From positions 829,969 to 893,968 of the forward strand of contig OY970246.1 in NCBI GenBank assembly GCA_963715465.1: a stretch of DNA of 64,000 nucleotides, read 5' to 3'. Positions within the stretch are counted from its first letter, which is position 1; the number at the start of each line of letters is the position of its first letter. The position numbers and the translations under genes are program-made. This document shows positions 10,073-18,374 of this stretch, one piece after another. A model generated the notes under the pieces. That model did no database searches and was not told the DNA's origin. It saw only the letters and a program-made list of their open reading frames with translations. Source of the DNA: an uncultured Flavobacteriaceae bacterium. Its GTDB lineage: Bacteria; Bacteroidota; Bacteroidia; Flavobacteriales; Flavobacteriaceae.

Positions 10073-10747
10073 GTGGGAAGTAAAAATAAACTTAAGCGAT
10101 TTAAGGAGAATGAAACTTTTGACAATGTGTTTCAACCCAAACGTGAAGACTTAGTAGATGCCAAATACAAACTTCAAGGTCAGTGGAATAGCGTGGTGTT
10201 CAAAAACGACCATCCGTTGATTTTAGAATTGGGCTGTGGTCGTGGTGAATATACGATTGAGCTCGCTAAAAAATTTCCGCAGAAAAACTTTATTGGTATT
10301 GATATCAAAGGCGCACGATTTTGGAGAGGTGCGAAAACCGCTATTGATGAAAATTTGACTAATGTCGCTTTTTTGAGAACCCAAATTGAACTTGTCGATT
10401 TTGCTTTTGCCGAAAATGAAGTAGACGAAATCTGGATTACTTTTCCCGATCCTCAAATAAAATACAAACGCACAAAACATAGAATGACCAATTCAGGGTT
10501 TTTGAAACGTTATAAAACCGTTTTAAAACCAGATGGTATTGTTAATCTTAAAACCGATAGTGAATTTATGCATGGCTACACTTTAGGTCTTCTACATGGC
10601 GAAGGCCATGACGTGTTATATGCCAATCATAACGTTTATAAACAAGAGGGAAGTCCTGAGGAAGTCACGAGTATCCAAACCTATTACGAGTCGCAATATC
10701 TCGAACATGACAAAGCAATTACGTATATTAGATTCAAAATTAAGTAG
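10073..10747 (+). CDS. trmB: tRNA (guanine-N7)-methyltransferase
   Basis: LELGCGRGEYT SAM-binding motif, FPDPQ motif and typical TrmB length; GTG start. Confidence 0.85.
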   Translation: MGSKNKLKRFKENETFDNVFQPKREDLVDAKYKLQGQWNSVVFKNDHPLILELGCGRGEYTIELAKKFPQKNFIGIDIKGARFWRGAKTAIDENLTNVAFLRTQIELVDFAFAENEVDEIWITFPDPQIKYKRTKHRMTNSGFLKRYKTVLKPDGIVNLKTDSEFMHGYTLGLLHGEGHDVLYANHNVYKQEGSPEEVTSIQTYYESQYLEHDKAITYIRFKIK

Positions 10748-10749
10748 AT

Positions 10750-11379
10750 TTGAGTATCAGCGTCATTTTTTTTCTAGGATTTATCATAGCTCTTATTGGT
10801 GTGATTCCTCCCGGATTATTAAATATGACCGCAGCAAAAGTAAGTCTTAAAGAAGGATATGCTAGAGGGATTATTTTCTCGATCGGTGTTTGCGCAATCG
10901 TATTTCTACAAACATATATCGCTGCAATGTTCGCGCGCTATTTGAGCAATCACCCACACACCGTTGAGATTTTAAGACGTGTCGCTTTTGTAATTTTTGT
11001 ACTCATCACAATCTACTACCTTTTTATTTCAAAAGAAAGCTCTAAGCCAAATGTTGAGACGCATTCTAGGAGTAAGCACAGTCGTTTTTTTCAAGGCGTG
11101 TTTTTATCTGCAATCAACGTGTTTCCTATTCCATATCAAGCGTACATGACGATATCTATCGCTGGGTTTGGGTGGTTTAGCTTTGAGGCAATGAATATTT
11201 TGACTTACTGTGCTGGTGCTGTGATGGGAACTTTTGTTATGCTTTACATGTATATCTTCTTTTTTGATAAGATCAAGAATAAAAGACTGACCTCTCAAAA
11301 AAACATGAATTATAGTATTGGGGTAATCACTGGGATTGTGGCCATTGTCACTTTAATAAATATTGTAATGGAGTCTTAA
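10750..11379 (+). CDS. LysE/RhtB-family amino-acid exporter-like membrane protein
   Basis: About six hydrophobic segments and an N-terminal GxIPPG-type motif; TTG start. Confidence 0.5.
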   Translation: MSISVIFFLGFIIALIGVIPPGLLNMTAAKVSLKEGYARGIIFSIGVCAIVFLQTYIAAMFARYLSNHPHTVEILRRVAFVIFVLITIYYLFISKESSKPNVETHSRSKHSRFFQGVFLSAINVFPIPYQAYMTISIAGFGWFSFEAMNILTYCAGAVMGTFVMLYMYIFFFDKIKNKRLTSQKNMNYSIGVITGIVAIVTLINIVMES

Positions 11380-11384
11380 ATAAA

Positions 11385-11723
11385 ATGAAGCCAGAAACTC
11401 TTAATTTTTTTGATAAAGTGTATGAAGTGGCGCGACAAATTCCCTACGGAAGAGTAACGAGCTATGGCTCCATTGCAAATTATTTAGGTGCTAAACGAAG
11501 TTCTAGAATGGTGGGCTATGCTATGAATTGTTCTCACGGTAAAGATGTTCCTGCGCATCGTGTTGTCAATAGAATTGGTCTTCTCACTGGTAAACATCAT
11601 TTTGAGGGCACTAACCTGATGCAGCAATTATTGGAAAGCGAAGGGATTATTATTATTGATAACCAAATTCAAGAATTTGAGTCTGTTTTTTGGGATCCTT
11701 CGCTAAGCTCTAAAGCGCAGTAA
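11385..11723 (+). CDS. MGMT-family DNA-binding protein lacking the acceptor cysteine (alkyltransferase-like, ATL)
   Basis: IPYGRVTSYGSIA helix-turn-helix region. The active-site motif reads PAHRVVN instead of PCHRV. Only 112 aa, so there is no N-terminal domain. Confidence 0.75.
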   Translation: MKPETLNFFDKVYEVARQIPYGRVTSYGSIANYLGAKRSSRMVGYAMNCSHGKDVPAHRVVNRIGLLTGKHHFEGTNLMQQLLESEGIIIIDNQIQEFESVFWDPSLSSKAQ

Positions 11724-11843
11724 ATCTCAATTTTTTTGCAAAACAAGATCAAATAAAAATCGTGCTCTTTTTATTGATAATAGAAGGCAATCTTGCCATA
11801 ACAAATAGCAATATTAAGACTTTAAACTTCAACCTTTATTAAG

Positions 11844-11851
11844 TATCTTTG
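11844..11851 (+). promoter_or_regulatory. Candidate -7 box (TATCTTTG) upstream of apbC
   Basis: Exact TAnnTTTG match, about 100 nt upstream of the ATG at 11949. Confidence 0.3.
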
Positions 11852-11948
11852 CTCTTAGAATGATTCTGAATAATAGAACCCAGACAAAAGAAATCCATTC
11901 GGAAACAATATGTTGAAATTCCGATTGTGTTTCCCGAATCCAAATCAC

Positions 11949-13085
11949 ATGAAATTAAATAAACAAGATATACTCAAAGCGCTCGAATCTATCTCTGCAC
12001 CTGGTGAAGGACAAAATATGGTAGAGAGTGGAGCCATCACTAATATTGTTACTTTTGCCGATGAGGTTGTCGTGGATATTACAATTACAAATCCAAGTTT
12101 GCAAGCCAAGAAAAAAACTGAAGTCGAAATCATGAAAGCGATCCATGATCTCGTTTATGAAAAAGCAAAAATAAAGGTTAACGTAAAAGTAGATGCACCA
12201 ACGCAATCTGCACCTAATGTTATTAAAGGAAAATCTATTCCTGGCATACAAAACATCGTTGCCGTTGCTTCAGGAAAAGGCGGTGTTGGCAAATCAACGG
12301 TGACCGCAAATATAGCCGTGACCTTGTCAAAAATGGGCTTTAAGGTTGGTATTTTAGATGCCGATATTTATGGGCCGTCCATGCCCATCATGTTTGATGT
12401 GGAATTAGAGCGACCAATTGCTGTCAATATTGACGGCAAGTCAAAAATGAAACCTGTAGAAAATTATGGCGTCAAGATTTTGTCCATTGGCTTTTTTACT
12501 AAACCAGATCAAGCGGTCGTATGGAGAGGTCCTATGGCCGCAAAAGCACTCAACCAAATGATTTTTGATGCGGCTTGGGGTGAACTCGATTTTATGTTAA
12601 TCGATTTACCTCCAGGAACGGGCGATATTCACTTAAGCATTATGCAATCGCTTCCAATCACAGGGGCAGTTGTGGTAAGCACACCGCAAAATGTAGCTTT
12701 AGCCGATGCTAAAAAGGGCGTGGCCATGTTTCAGCAAGATAGTATTAATGTGCCGGTTTTGGGAATTATAGAAAATATGGCGTATTTCACACCAGAGGAA
12801 TTGCCCGAAAACAAATATTACATTTTTGGTAAAGAAGGTGCCAAGCATTTGGCCGAAGATCTAAACGTGCCATTTTTAGGACAATTGCCATTGGTGCAAA
12901 GTATCAGGGAAGCAGGAGATGTTGGTCGTCCTGCAGCCTTGCAAACAGAAACGCCTTTAGAACAAGCCTTTGAAACAATCACTCAAAATGTTGTACAGGA
13001 AGTCGTGAGACGAAACGATGATTTACCACCAACAGAAGCTATTAAGATTACGACCATGGCTGGATGTTCAGCCGTTAAAAAATAA
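11949..13085 (+). CDS. apbC: Mrp/NBP35-family Fe-S cluster carrier ATPase with an N-terminal DUF59/MIP18 domain
   Basis: Deviant Walker A SGKGGVGKST, a MinD-like fold and a CxxC-type region. ATG at 11949 (MKLNKQDILKAL) is preferred over the track start. Confidence 0.9.
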   Translation: MKLNKQDILKALESISAPGEGQNMVESGAITNIVTFADEVVVDITITNPSLQAKKKTEVEIMKAIHDLVYEKAKIKVNVKVDAPTQSAPNVIKGKSIPGIQNIVAVASGKGGVGKSTVTANIAVTLSKMGFKVGILDADIYGPSMPIMFDVELERPIAVNIDGKSKMKPVENYGVKILSIGFFTKPDQAVVWRGPMAAKALNQMIFDAAWGELDFMLIDLPPGTGDIHLSIMQSLPITGAVVVSTPQNVALADAKKGVAMFQQDSINVPVLGIIENMAYFTPEELPENKYYIFGKEGAKHLAEDLNVPFLGQLPLVQSIREAGDVGRPAALQTETPLEQAFETITQNVVQEVVRRNDDLPPTEAIKITTMAGCSAVKK

Positions 13086-13159
13086 TATGAATTCCAGGTC
13101 ATTTTTTGTTGTACTGCAATCCAGTTCAAACAAAGAAAGAAAGGATAGGAACTATTTAC

Positions 13160-13402
13160 ATGAGTACAGAAGAACTTAGACTTAATGTCGAAAAAGCCTT
13201 AGACGAGATTCGTCCGTTTTTACAAAGCGATGGTGGCGATATCTCCTTACTGTCCATCGAGAACGGTAAGTTGGTGAAAGTACAATTGCAAGGGGCTTGC
13301 GTTGGGTGCAGTGTCAATCAAATGACGCTCAAATCGGGTGTTGAGATGACCATAAAAAAGCACGCTCCCCAAATAGAACAGGTGATTAATATTGAGGCTT
13401 AA
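13160..13402 (+). CDS. NifU C-terminal domain (Nfu-type) Fe-S assembly protein
   Basis: IRPFLQSDGGDI...GACVGCS CxxC motif. ATG at 13160 preferred. Confidence 0.85.
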   Translation: MSTEELRLNVEKALDEIRPFLQSDGGDISLLSIENGKLVKVQLQGACVGCSVNQMTLKSGVEMTIKKHAPQIEQVINIEA

Positions 13403-13404
13403 TT

Positions 13405-13497
13405 GGGCGTGACCGCAAGGGTCAGGCTCTCACTACTCGCTCTCTGCGAGGAGCTCAAACAGGCCGTTCCATCCTTCACGCAAACCGTTAAGCGACA
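13405..13497. repeat. GC-rich intergenic repeat element, copy A (inverted relative to copy B at 33726-33815)
   Basis: The reverse complement aligns with 33726-33815. Shared blocks are AAGGATGGA, TGTTKGAGCTC and AGCGAsTwGyGAGAGCCTG. It contains an internal hairpin CTCGC-AGAGA-GCGAG. Confidence 0.7.
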
Positions 13498-13579
13498 CTA
13501 CCTTTAGATAGAAAATAACTAATTTGTCATTAAAAGGCAAAGTTGCATTAAAGAGATACCCATAGTTATGGGCGTTACT

Positions 13580-14641
13580 ATGATTAAAACAGATATACTT
13601 ATTATTGGAGCAGGACCCACCGGATTATTCACCGTTTTTGAAGCCGGACTCCTCAAACTAAAATGCCATTTAATTGATGCGTTACCGCAACCAGGCGGAC
13701 AATGTTCAGAAATTTATCCTAAAAAGCCCATTTACGATGTGCCAGCCTATCCAGAAATCCTTGCAGGCGATCTTACCGATAAGTTACTAGAACAGTGTAA
13801 GCAATTTGAGCCAGGATTTACATTAGGAGAACGTGCCGAAACTATAGAGAAACAAGAGGATGGCAGTTTTATCGTGACCACAAACAAAGGAACGCAGCAT
13901 CACGCGCCAGTTGTTGCCATTGCTGGCGGCCTGGGAAGTTTTGAGCCGCGCAAACCTTTAATTGATAATATTGCCCATTTTGAAGATGTTGGTGTCGAGT
14001 ATATAATAAAAGATCCAGAGTTTTATAGAGATAAAGAGGTTGTCATTGCAGGTGGAGGAGATTCTGCTTTAGATTGGAGTATTTTTTTAAGCGATGTGGC
14101 CAGTAAAGTGACCTTGATCCATAGACGCAATGAATTTCGTGGGCATCTAGATTCCGTAGAAAAAGTGCAAGAACTAAAAGATGCAGGAAAAATAAACTTA
14201 ATCACGCCAGCCGAAGTTGTCGGCATTGTTGGTGATGACCAAGTAAAATCAGTTGTTGTCAAACAAGCCCAGCATATTGAAAAGGAGTTTGAAATTGAGT
14301 GTGACCATTTTATACCACTTTTCGGTTTGTCTCCAAAATTAGGACCAATCGCAAATTGGGGCTTGGAGATCGAGAAAAATGCGATCGTCGTTAATAACGC
14401 CTTAGATTATCAAACCAATATTCCGGGAATTTTTGCGATTGGCGATGTCAATACCTATCCAGGGAAGTTAAAATTGATTTTATGTGGTTTTCACGAAGCT
14501 ACACTTATGTGCCAGGCTGCTTATCAAATTATCAATCCAGGGAAACGTTTTGTATTGAAGTACACAACCGTTAGTGGTGTTGACGGTTTTGACGGAACGC
14601 GAAAAGAAGCACCGAAGGCTGTTGTTAAAGCGATTAATTGA
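13580..14641 (+). CDS. Thioredoxin-reductase-like ferredoxin--NADP(+) reductase
   Basis: GAGPTG FAD motif, GGGDSA NADPH motif and GD(V) at the C-terminal FAD site, but no CxxC redox-active disulfide. That combination indicates a TrxR-like FNR rather than TrxB. ATG at 13568 is also possible. Confidence 0.8.
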   Translation: MIKTDILIIGAGPTGLFTVFEAGLLKLKCHLIDALPQPGGQCSEIYPKKPIYDVPAYPEILAGDLTDKLLEQCKQFEPGFTLGERAETIEKQEDGSFIVTTNKGTQHHAPVVAIAGGLGSFEPRKPLIDNIAHFEDVGVEYIIKDPEFYRDKEVVIAGGGDSALDWSIFLSDVASKVTLIHRRNEFRGHLDSVEKVQELKDAGKINLITPAEVVGIVGDDQVKSVVVKQAQHIEKEFEIECDHFIPLFGLSPKLGPIANWGLEIEKNAIVVNNALDYQTNIPGIFAIGDVNTYPGKLKLILCGFHEATLMCQAAYQIINPGKRFVLKYTTVSGVDGFDGTRKEAPKAVVKAIN

Positions 14642-14702
14642 GTTTTTTATAAAAAGTAATTAGAAATTAGTGATGAGTAATTGGTAAATAGTATTTATTC
14701 GA

Positions 14703-15052
14703 ATGGCAATACAGAAATTTGAAGAGCTTTTAATTTGGCAGAAATCTCAAGATTTTTGTGTTTTAATTTATAAACACTTCGCAAATATTGGAGATTTTGC
14801 TTTCAGAGATGAAATAACAAGAGCTTCAGTATCTATTTCAAATAATGTTGCCGAAGGTTTTGATCGGAATACAAACCCTGTGACTTTAAACGATTTTTAT
14901 TTTTTGCAACCGCATCTGCGAGTGAATTCAGATCAATGCAATATTTAACTGTCAGACTTAATTTTTCAGAAAAAGAAATTGCAGACAAATTGATCAGTAA
15001 CTCAAATGAAATATCCAGAATGCTCTATGGCTTAATAAAATCTTTAAAATAG
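14703..15052 (+). pseudogene. Four-helix-bundle (23S rRNA intervening-sequence type) protein gene, disrupted by a frameshift
   Basis: Frame 1 gives MAIQKFEELLIWQKS...ISNNVAEGFDRNTNP. The conserved C-terminal half (DFKRFLFFATASASEFRSMQYL...ISRMLYGLIKSLK*) continues in another frame to the TAG at 15050-15052. The switch point is around 14875-14890. Confidence 0.75.
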
Positions 15053-15091
15053 AAAATAACCACTAATTACTTTCTACTAGTTACTTTTCAA

Positions 15092-15427
15092 ATGGAAAAA
15101 ACCGACGTTAACATAAAAATAATAGACCGTGAAGGCGTTGCCCACAATGTAGCAGCTCCAATTGATATGGCTATGAACCTCATGGAAGTCGTTCGATCTT
15201 ACGAGCTAGCTCCAGAAGGTACTATCGGTATTTGCGGTGGAATGGCGATGTGTGCCTCTTGTCAATGCTATGTACTTAGCAAAACCGAGTTGCCAGAAAT
15301 GGAAGACGACGAAGAGGCGATGTTAAGCGAGGCATTTTATGTAAAGGATTCATCCCGTCTCGGTTGTCAAATTCAAATGACACTAGATATGGAAGGCCTA
15401 GAAGTAGAGCTTGCACCAGAATCATAA
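15092..15427 (+). CDS. 2Fe-2S ferredoxin (adrenodoxin/putidaredoxin type)
   Basis: Cys ligand pattern CGGMAMCASC...C and a C-terminal SRLGCQI motif; 111 aa. Confidence 0.85.
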   Translation: MEKTDVNIKIIDREGVAHNVAAPIDMAMNLMEVVRSYELAPEGTIGICGGMAMCASCQCYVLSKTELPEMEDDEEAMLSEAFYVKDSSRLGCQIQMTLDMEGLEVELAPES

Positions 15428-15451
15428 TCATTGATTCAAAATTAAAAAAAA

Positions 15452-16129
15452 TTAAAAAAATTGAAAATAGCCGTTGAGTTGGTATGCAAAAAGTAGTAGT
15501 CCAGCTACTATTAAATATGTGTTTACAGACTGATAAAAGGCTTTAAAACTACTTTGAGTTTTCCAATAGGTAATTAGCATGACGATAGGGATTAAAGCGA
15601 TCACTTGACCTAATTCCACCCCAATATTAAAACTAAAGATCTTAGCTAGAAATAGTTCGTTACCTATATCAAAAGATTGGAGACGGGTTGAAAGGCCTAA
15701 GCCGTGAATGAGGCCAAAGATAAATACCATCATCAGTAGATTGGGCGATTTAAGTTTGATTTTTTGAAAGCCTCCTAGATTTTCAAAACCCTTATACACG
15801 ACACTAAGTGCAATAATAGCATCTATAACATGCTCATTAATTGAGATATTTAAGTAAGTGGCGCCCAATAAGGTGATGCAATGCCCAACAGTAAATACAC
15901 TTATAAACTTTACAATATCTTTAAAGCCATTGAGGTAAAATACAACTCCAATTATAAAGAGTATGTGGTCATAACCTGTAAGCATGTGTTTTGCACCTAC
16001 ATAAATATAAGATAATAAACCGCCAGAATTTAAAATCTCTTGATCTGCATCACTTACACCATGGGCTATTGCCAATGCAGGTAACAACAAAAAAATGATA
16101 ACAACAATACGGCTCAATATAGAATTCAA
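15452..16129 (-). CDS. HupE/UreJ-family metal (Ni/Co-type) permease
   Basis: Signal peptide ending AHG, a GYDHILFI motif and six hydrophobic segments. TTG start 2 nt after the stop of the upstream DUF4198 gene. Confidence 0.7.
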   Translation of the reverse strand: MNSILSRIVVIIFLLLPALAIAHGVSDADQEILNSGGLLSYIYVGAKHMLTGYDHILFIIGVVFYLNGFKDIVKFISVFTVGHCITLLGATYLNISINEHVIDAIIALSVVYKGFENLGGFQKIKLKSPNLLMMVFIFGLIHGLGLSTRLQSFDIGNELFLAKIFSFNIGVELGQVIALIPIVMLITYWKTQSSFKAFYQSVNTYLIVAGLLLFAYQLNGYFQFF

Positions 16130-16131
16130 AA

Positions 16132-17337
16132 TTAATTTTTACGCTTAAACCAGAAAAACAAACCTACAATAAGTAATCCGCTTGCGATCCAATACACATA
16201 AGAAGGGATTTCGGTTTCGAGCTCGTGACTATGATCTTTAGTATCGTGCGCGTGCTGTATTTCGAATGTAAGTGTTGCCCAGTTTGACTCGTGAGTAAGT
16301 CCTTCTTCTTTAGTGGGTACAAGATGAATAGTGCGTAAATACCAAATACCATCTGCAGAAAGTTTTACATTCACTAGCCCATCATTATCAGTACGCAAGA
16401 GTTGACCATCAGTATGTTCATGCTCGTTGTCTTTCGTTTCTTCTGTATCATCATGACGGTGTACAGTATCATTTTGAGAATGAGTGTGAGCATTCTTTTG
16501 AGTGTCATGAGAATGTGTTTTATCATGTTCATCTATTTCAGCATGACTATGGTTTTGACTATCATCGTGAGAATGTTGTGCTTGGGCATCATGTGAATGA
16601 CCGTGAGTCGATTCTTTAGCGTTATGAGCATGCTCATCGTTTTCGTCACCATGACTATGAGGTTGGTCACCGTCATGAGAATGCATCTGTTCAGTCGAGT
16701 GTGAGTGCTGATTTAGGGAGGGTCTGAAATTAGCATATACCAACTGATTGGCAAGCGGTTTGCCATCTCGTAATAAGAGTACACTTAGCGTATCACCAGT
16801 ATGCGTTTCATAAGGATTACGCTTTGGAACAAATTCTATTGGGTAACCTAATACAGTATTCCAGTCACTTGTTCTTACATCACCTACTTGAAAAATAGCC
16901 TTGACATGCTTTGAGTATTTTTCTATGGCATCTTCTTCAAGTAATTGGTTATCCTCGCGATAGTCTAATAAATCGGTTACACCATCATGTTTAAGATACT
17001 TATTAAAGGCCTTTGCATCCATCTCTATTTGACGTGGTTTTGTGGATACACCTGCGACCCATGTCCCTTCATCTCCCGAAGTAAAATTGAGGGTGGTGAT
17101 GCTGTCCTTTTCGGTCCATTGACTTTCGTCCAAGACATTGCGTTGGCCTTGACCTGTAAGACTAACATCAATCATGCGATCGCGATCAATGATATTTTCG
17201 CTTTTATCAAACGTTCCATTATACAAGTGAATGCTGCTTTTTTGCTGAGGCTCTAAAAAGAATGTTTCCAGCTTTAGGTACATATCGTGGCTGCAAAACA
17301 CCAAAAAGCATAGCAGTAAAAATAGTTTGTTTTTCAT
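16132..17337 (-). CDS. DUF4198-family periplasmic metal-binding protein with a histidine-rich insert and a C-terminal TM anchor
   Basis: N-terminal signal then SHDMYLKLE (the H-D/E-x-aromatic-L start typical of DUF4198). There are 24 His in about 101 residues (nt 16405-16707), mostly as HSH/HxH. C-terminal anchor WIASGLLIVGLFFWF. ATG at 17337 preferred. Confidence 0.65.
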   Translation of the reverse strand: MKNKLFLLLCFLVFCSHDMYLKLETFFLEPQQKSSIHLYNGTFDKSENIIDRDRMIDVSLTGQGQRNVLDESQWTEKDSITTLNFTSGDEGTWVAGVSTKPRQIEMDAKAFNKYLKHDGVTDLLDYREDNQLLEEDAIEKYSKHVKAIFQVGDVRTSDWNTVLGYPIEFVPKRNPYETHTGDTLSVLLLRDGKPLANQLVYANFRPSLNQHSHSTEQMHSHDGDQPHSHGDENDEHAHNAKESTHGHSHDAQAQHSHDDSQNHSHAEIDEHDKTHSHDTQKNAHTHSQNDTVHRHDDTEETKDNEHEHTDGQLLRTDNDGLVNVKLSADGIWYLRTIHLVPTKEEGLTHESNWATLTFEIQHAHDTKDHSHELETEIPSYVYWIASGLLIVGLFFWFKRKN

Positions 17338-17433
17338 AATATTCTTAACGAGATAGTTAGAATTCAAAAATAATAATCTCCAATTAAAAACGTACAGTTT
17401 TAACCTTTTAGTTGTGTCTTATCCAATATATCC

Positions 17434-18192
17434 TCAAAGAATTTTTTCAAGTGCCAAAGGCAGAAGACGTTCAACAAATTTTGTGTAAGCTGATTGAGAA
17501 GGATGCAAACCATCAGCTGCTACCAAAGATGGATCTTCCAAACCCATTCTGGTGATATCTGTTATATTTAAAAAACTGATATTTTCTTGAGAGCAATACG
17601 TTTCTATAAATGTATTGTAAACATCTATTTCTTGGGAAGTCTCAACAGGATTTCCATTATTTTGACCATAAGGTGTGAACGCATAATCGGGAATCGATAG
17701 TACGATAAGATTTGATTTATCGCCATTGGCAGCCATTATGGCTGTTTCGACAAGCTGTGGAAATTCAGTTTCATAAATCGAAAACGGCGCGTTTTGAAAT
17801 TGGTTATTAACGCCAATCAGTAAGGTCACTAAATCATAGTCGGTCGTTAAAGTTTCCGAAGCAATACCAATTTGTAGATCGGTCGTAGTCCATCCCGTTT
17901 GGGCGATAACGGTCGATATGATATTACTGTTACTTATGATATGTGTCAAGCTATCATTTAATTGTTCTGGAAATCTACAGGTGTTACAAACACTTTGGCC
18001 TATAGTATAGCTATCGCCGAGTGACAGTATTTTATAGATTTGCAAGGGTTCAGGATCATCATCGTCATCAGGATCTGGGGTATTAGTATCCTCAGTATCT
18101 TGCGTGGACATGTCCATATCTGATGGATCATCGCTAGAACAGGATGCGAAGAGGATCAAGATTAAAAAGCTATACAAAATGGTTTTCATCAA
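17434..18192 (-). CDS. SGNH/GDSL-family hydrolase lipoprotein
   Basis: Lipobox LFASC, an Asp-rich linker, block I GDSYT, block III GVNN and block V DGLHP. Confidence 0.8.
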   Translation of the reverse strand: MMKTILYSFLILILFASCSSDDPSDMDMSTQDTEDTNTPDPDDDDDPEPLQIYKILSLGDSYTIGQSVCNTCRFPEQLNDSLTHIISNSNIISTVIAQTGWTTTDLQIGIASETLTTDYDLVTLLIGVNNQFQNAPFSIYETEFPQLVETAIMAANGDKSNLIVLSIPDYAFTPYGQNNGNPVETSQEIDVYNTFIETYCSQENISFLNITDITRMGLEDPSLVAADGLHPSQSAYTKFVERLLPLALEKIL

Positions 18193-18301
18193 AATAAAAA
18201 TACGATTTATTATAAAAGTTGATATATCTTTTAGTGTAAAGCTTGTGTGTTTGAGTTATTAAATTAAAAAATTTCTTTTTTCAATCCTCAAAATCGAGTA
18301 C

Positions 18302-18326
18302 AAAAAAACCTCTCACAATAGAGAGG
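18302..18326 (-). terminator. Intrinsic terminator after the acyl-CoA dehydrogenase gene
   Basis: CCTCTC-loop-GAGAGG hairpin followed on the minus strand by a 7-T run. Confidence 0.65.
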
Positions 18327-18374
18327 CGTTTTTCTAATATTATAACGATATCAACCGCATAACTTTTAACGGGA

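Noticed and set aside
10596-10850. 84-aa ORF bridging the trmB 3' end and the LysE-like 5' end.
   Set aside because: It is out of frame with, and overlaps, two better-supported genes, and no motifs were recognised.
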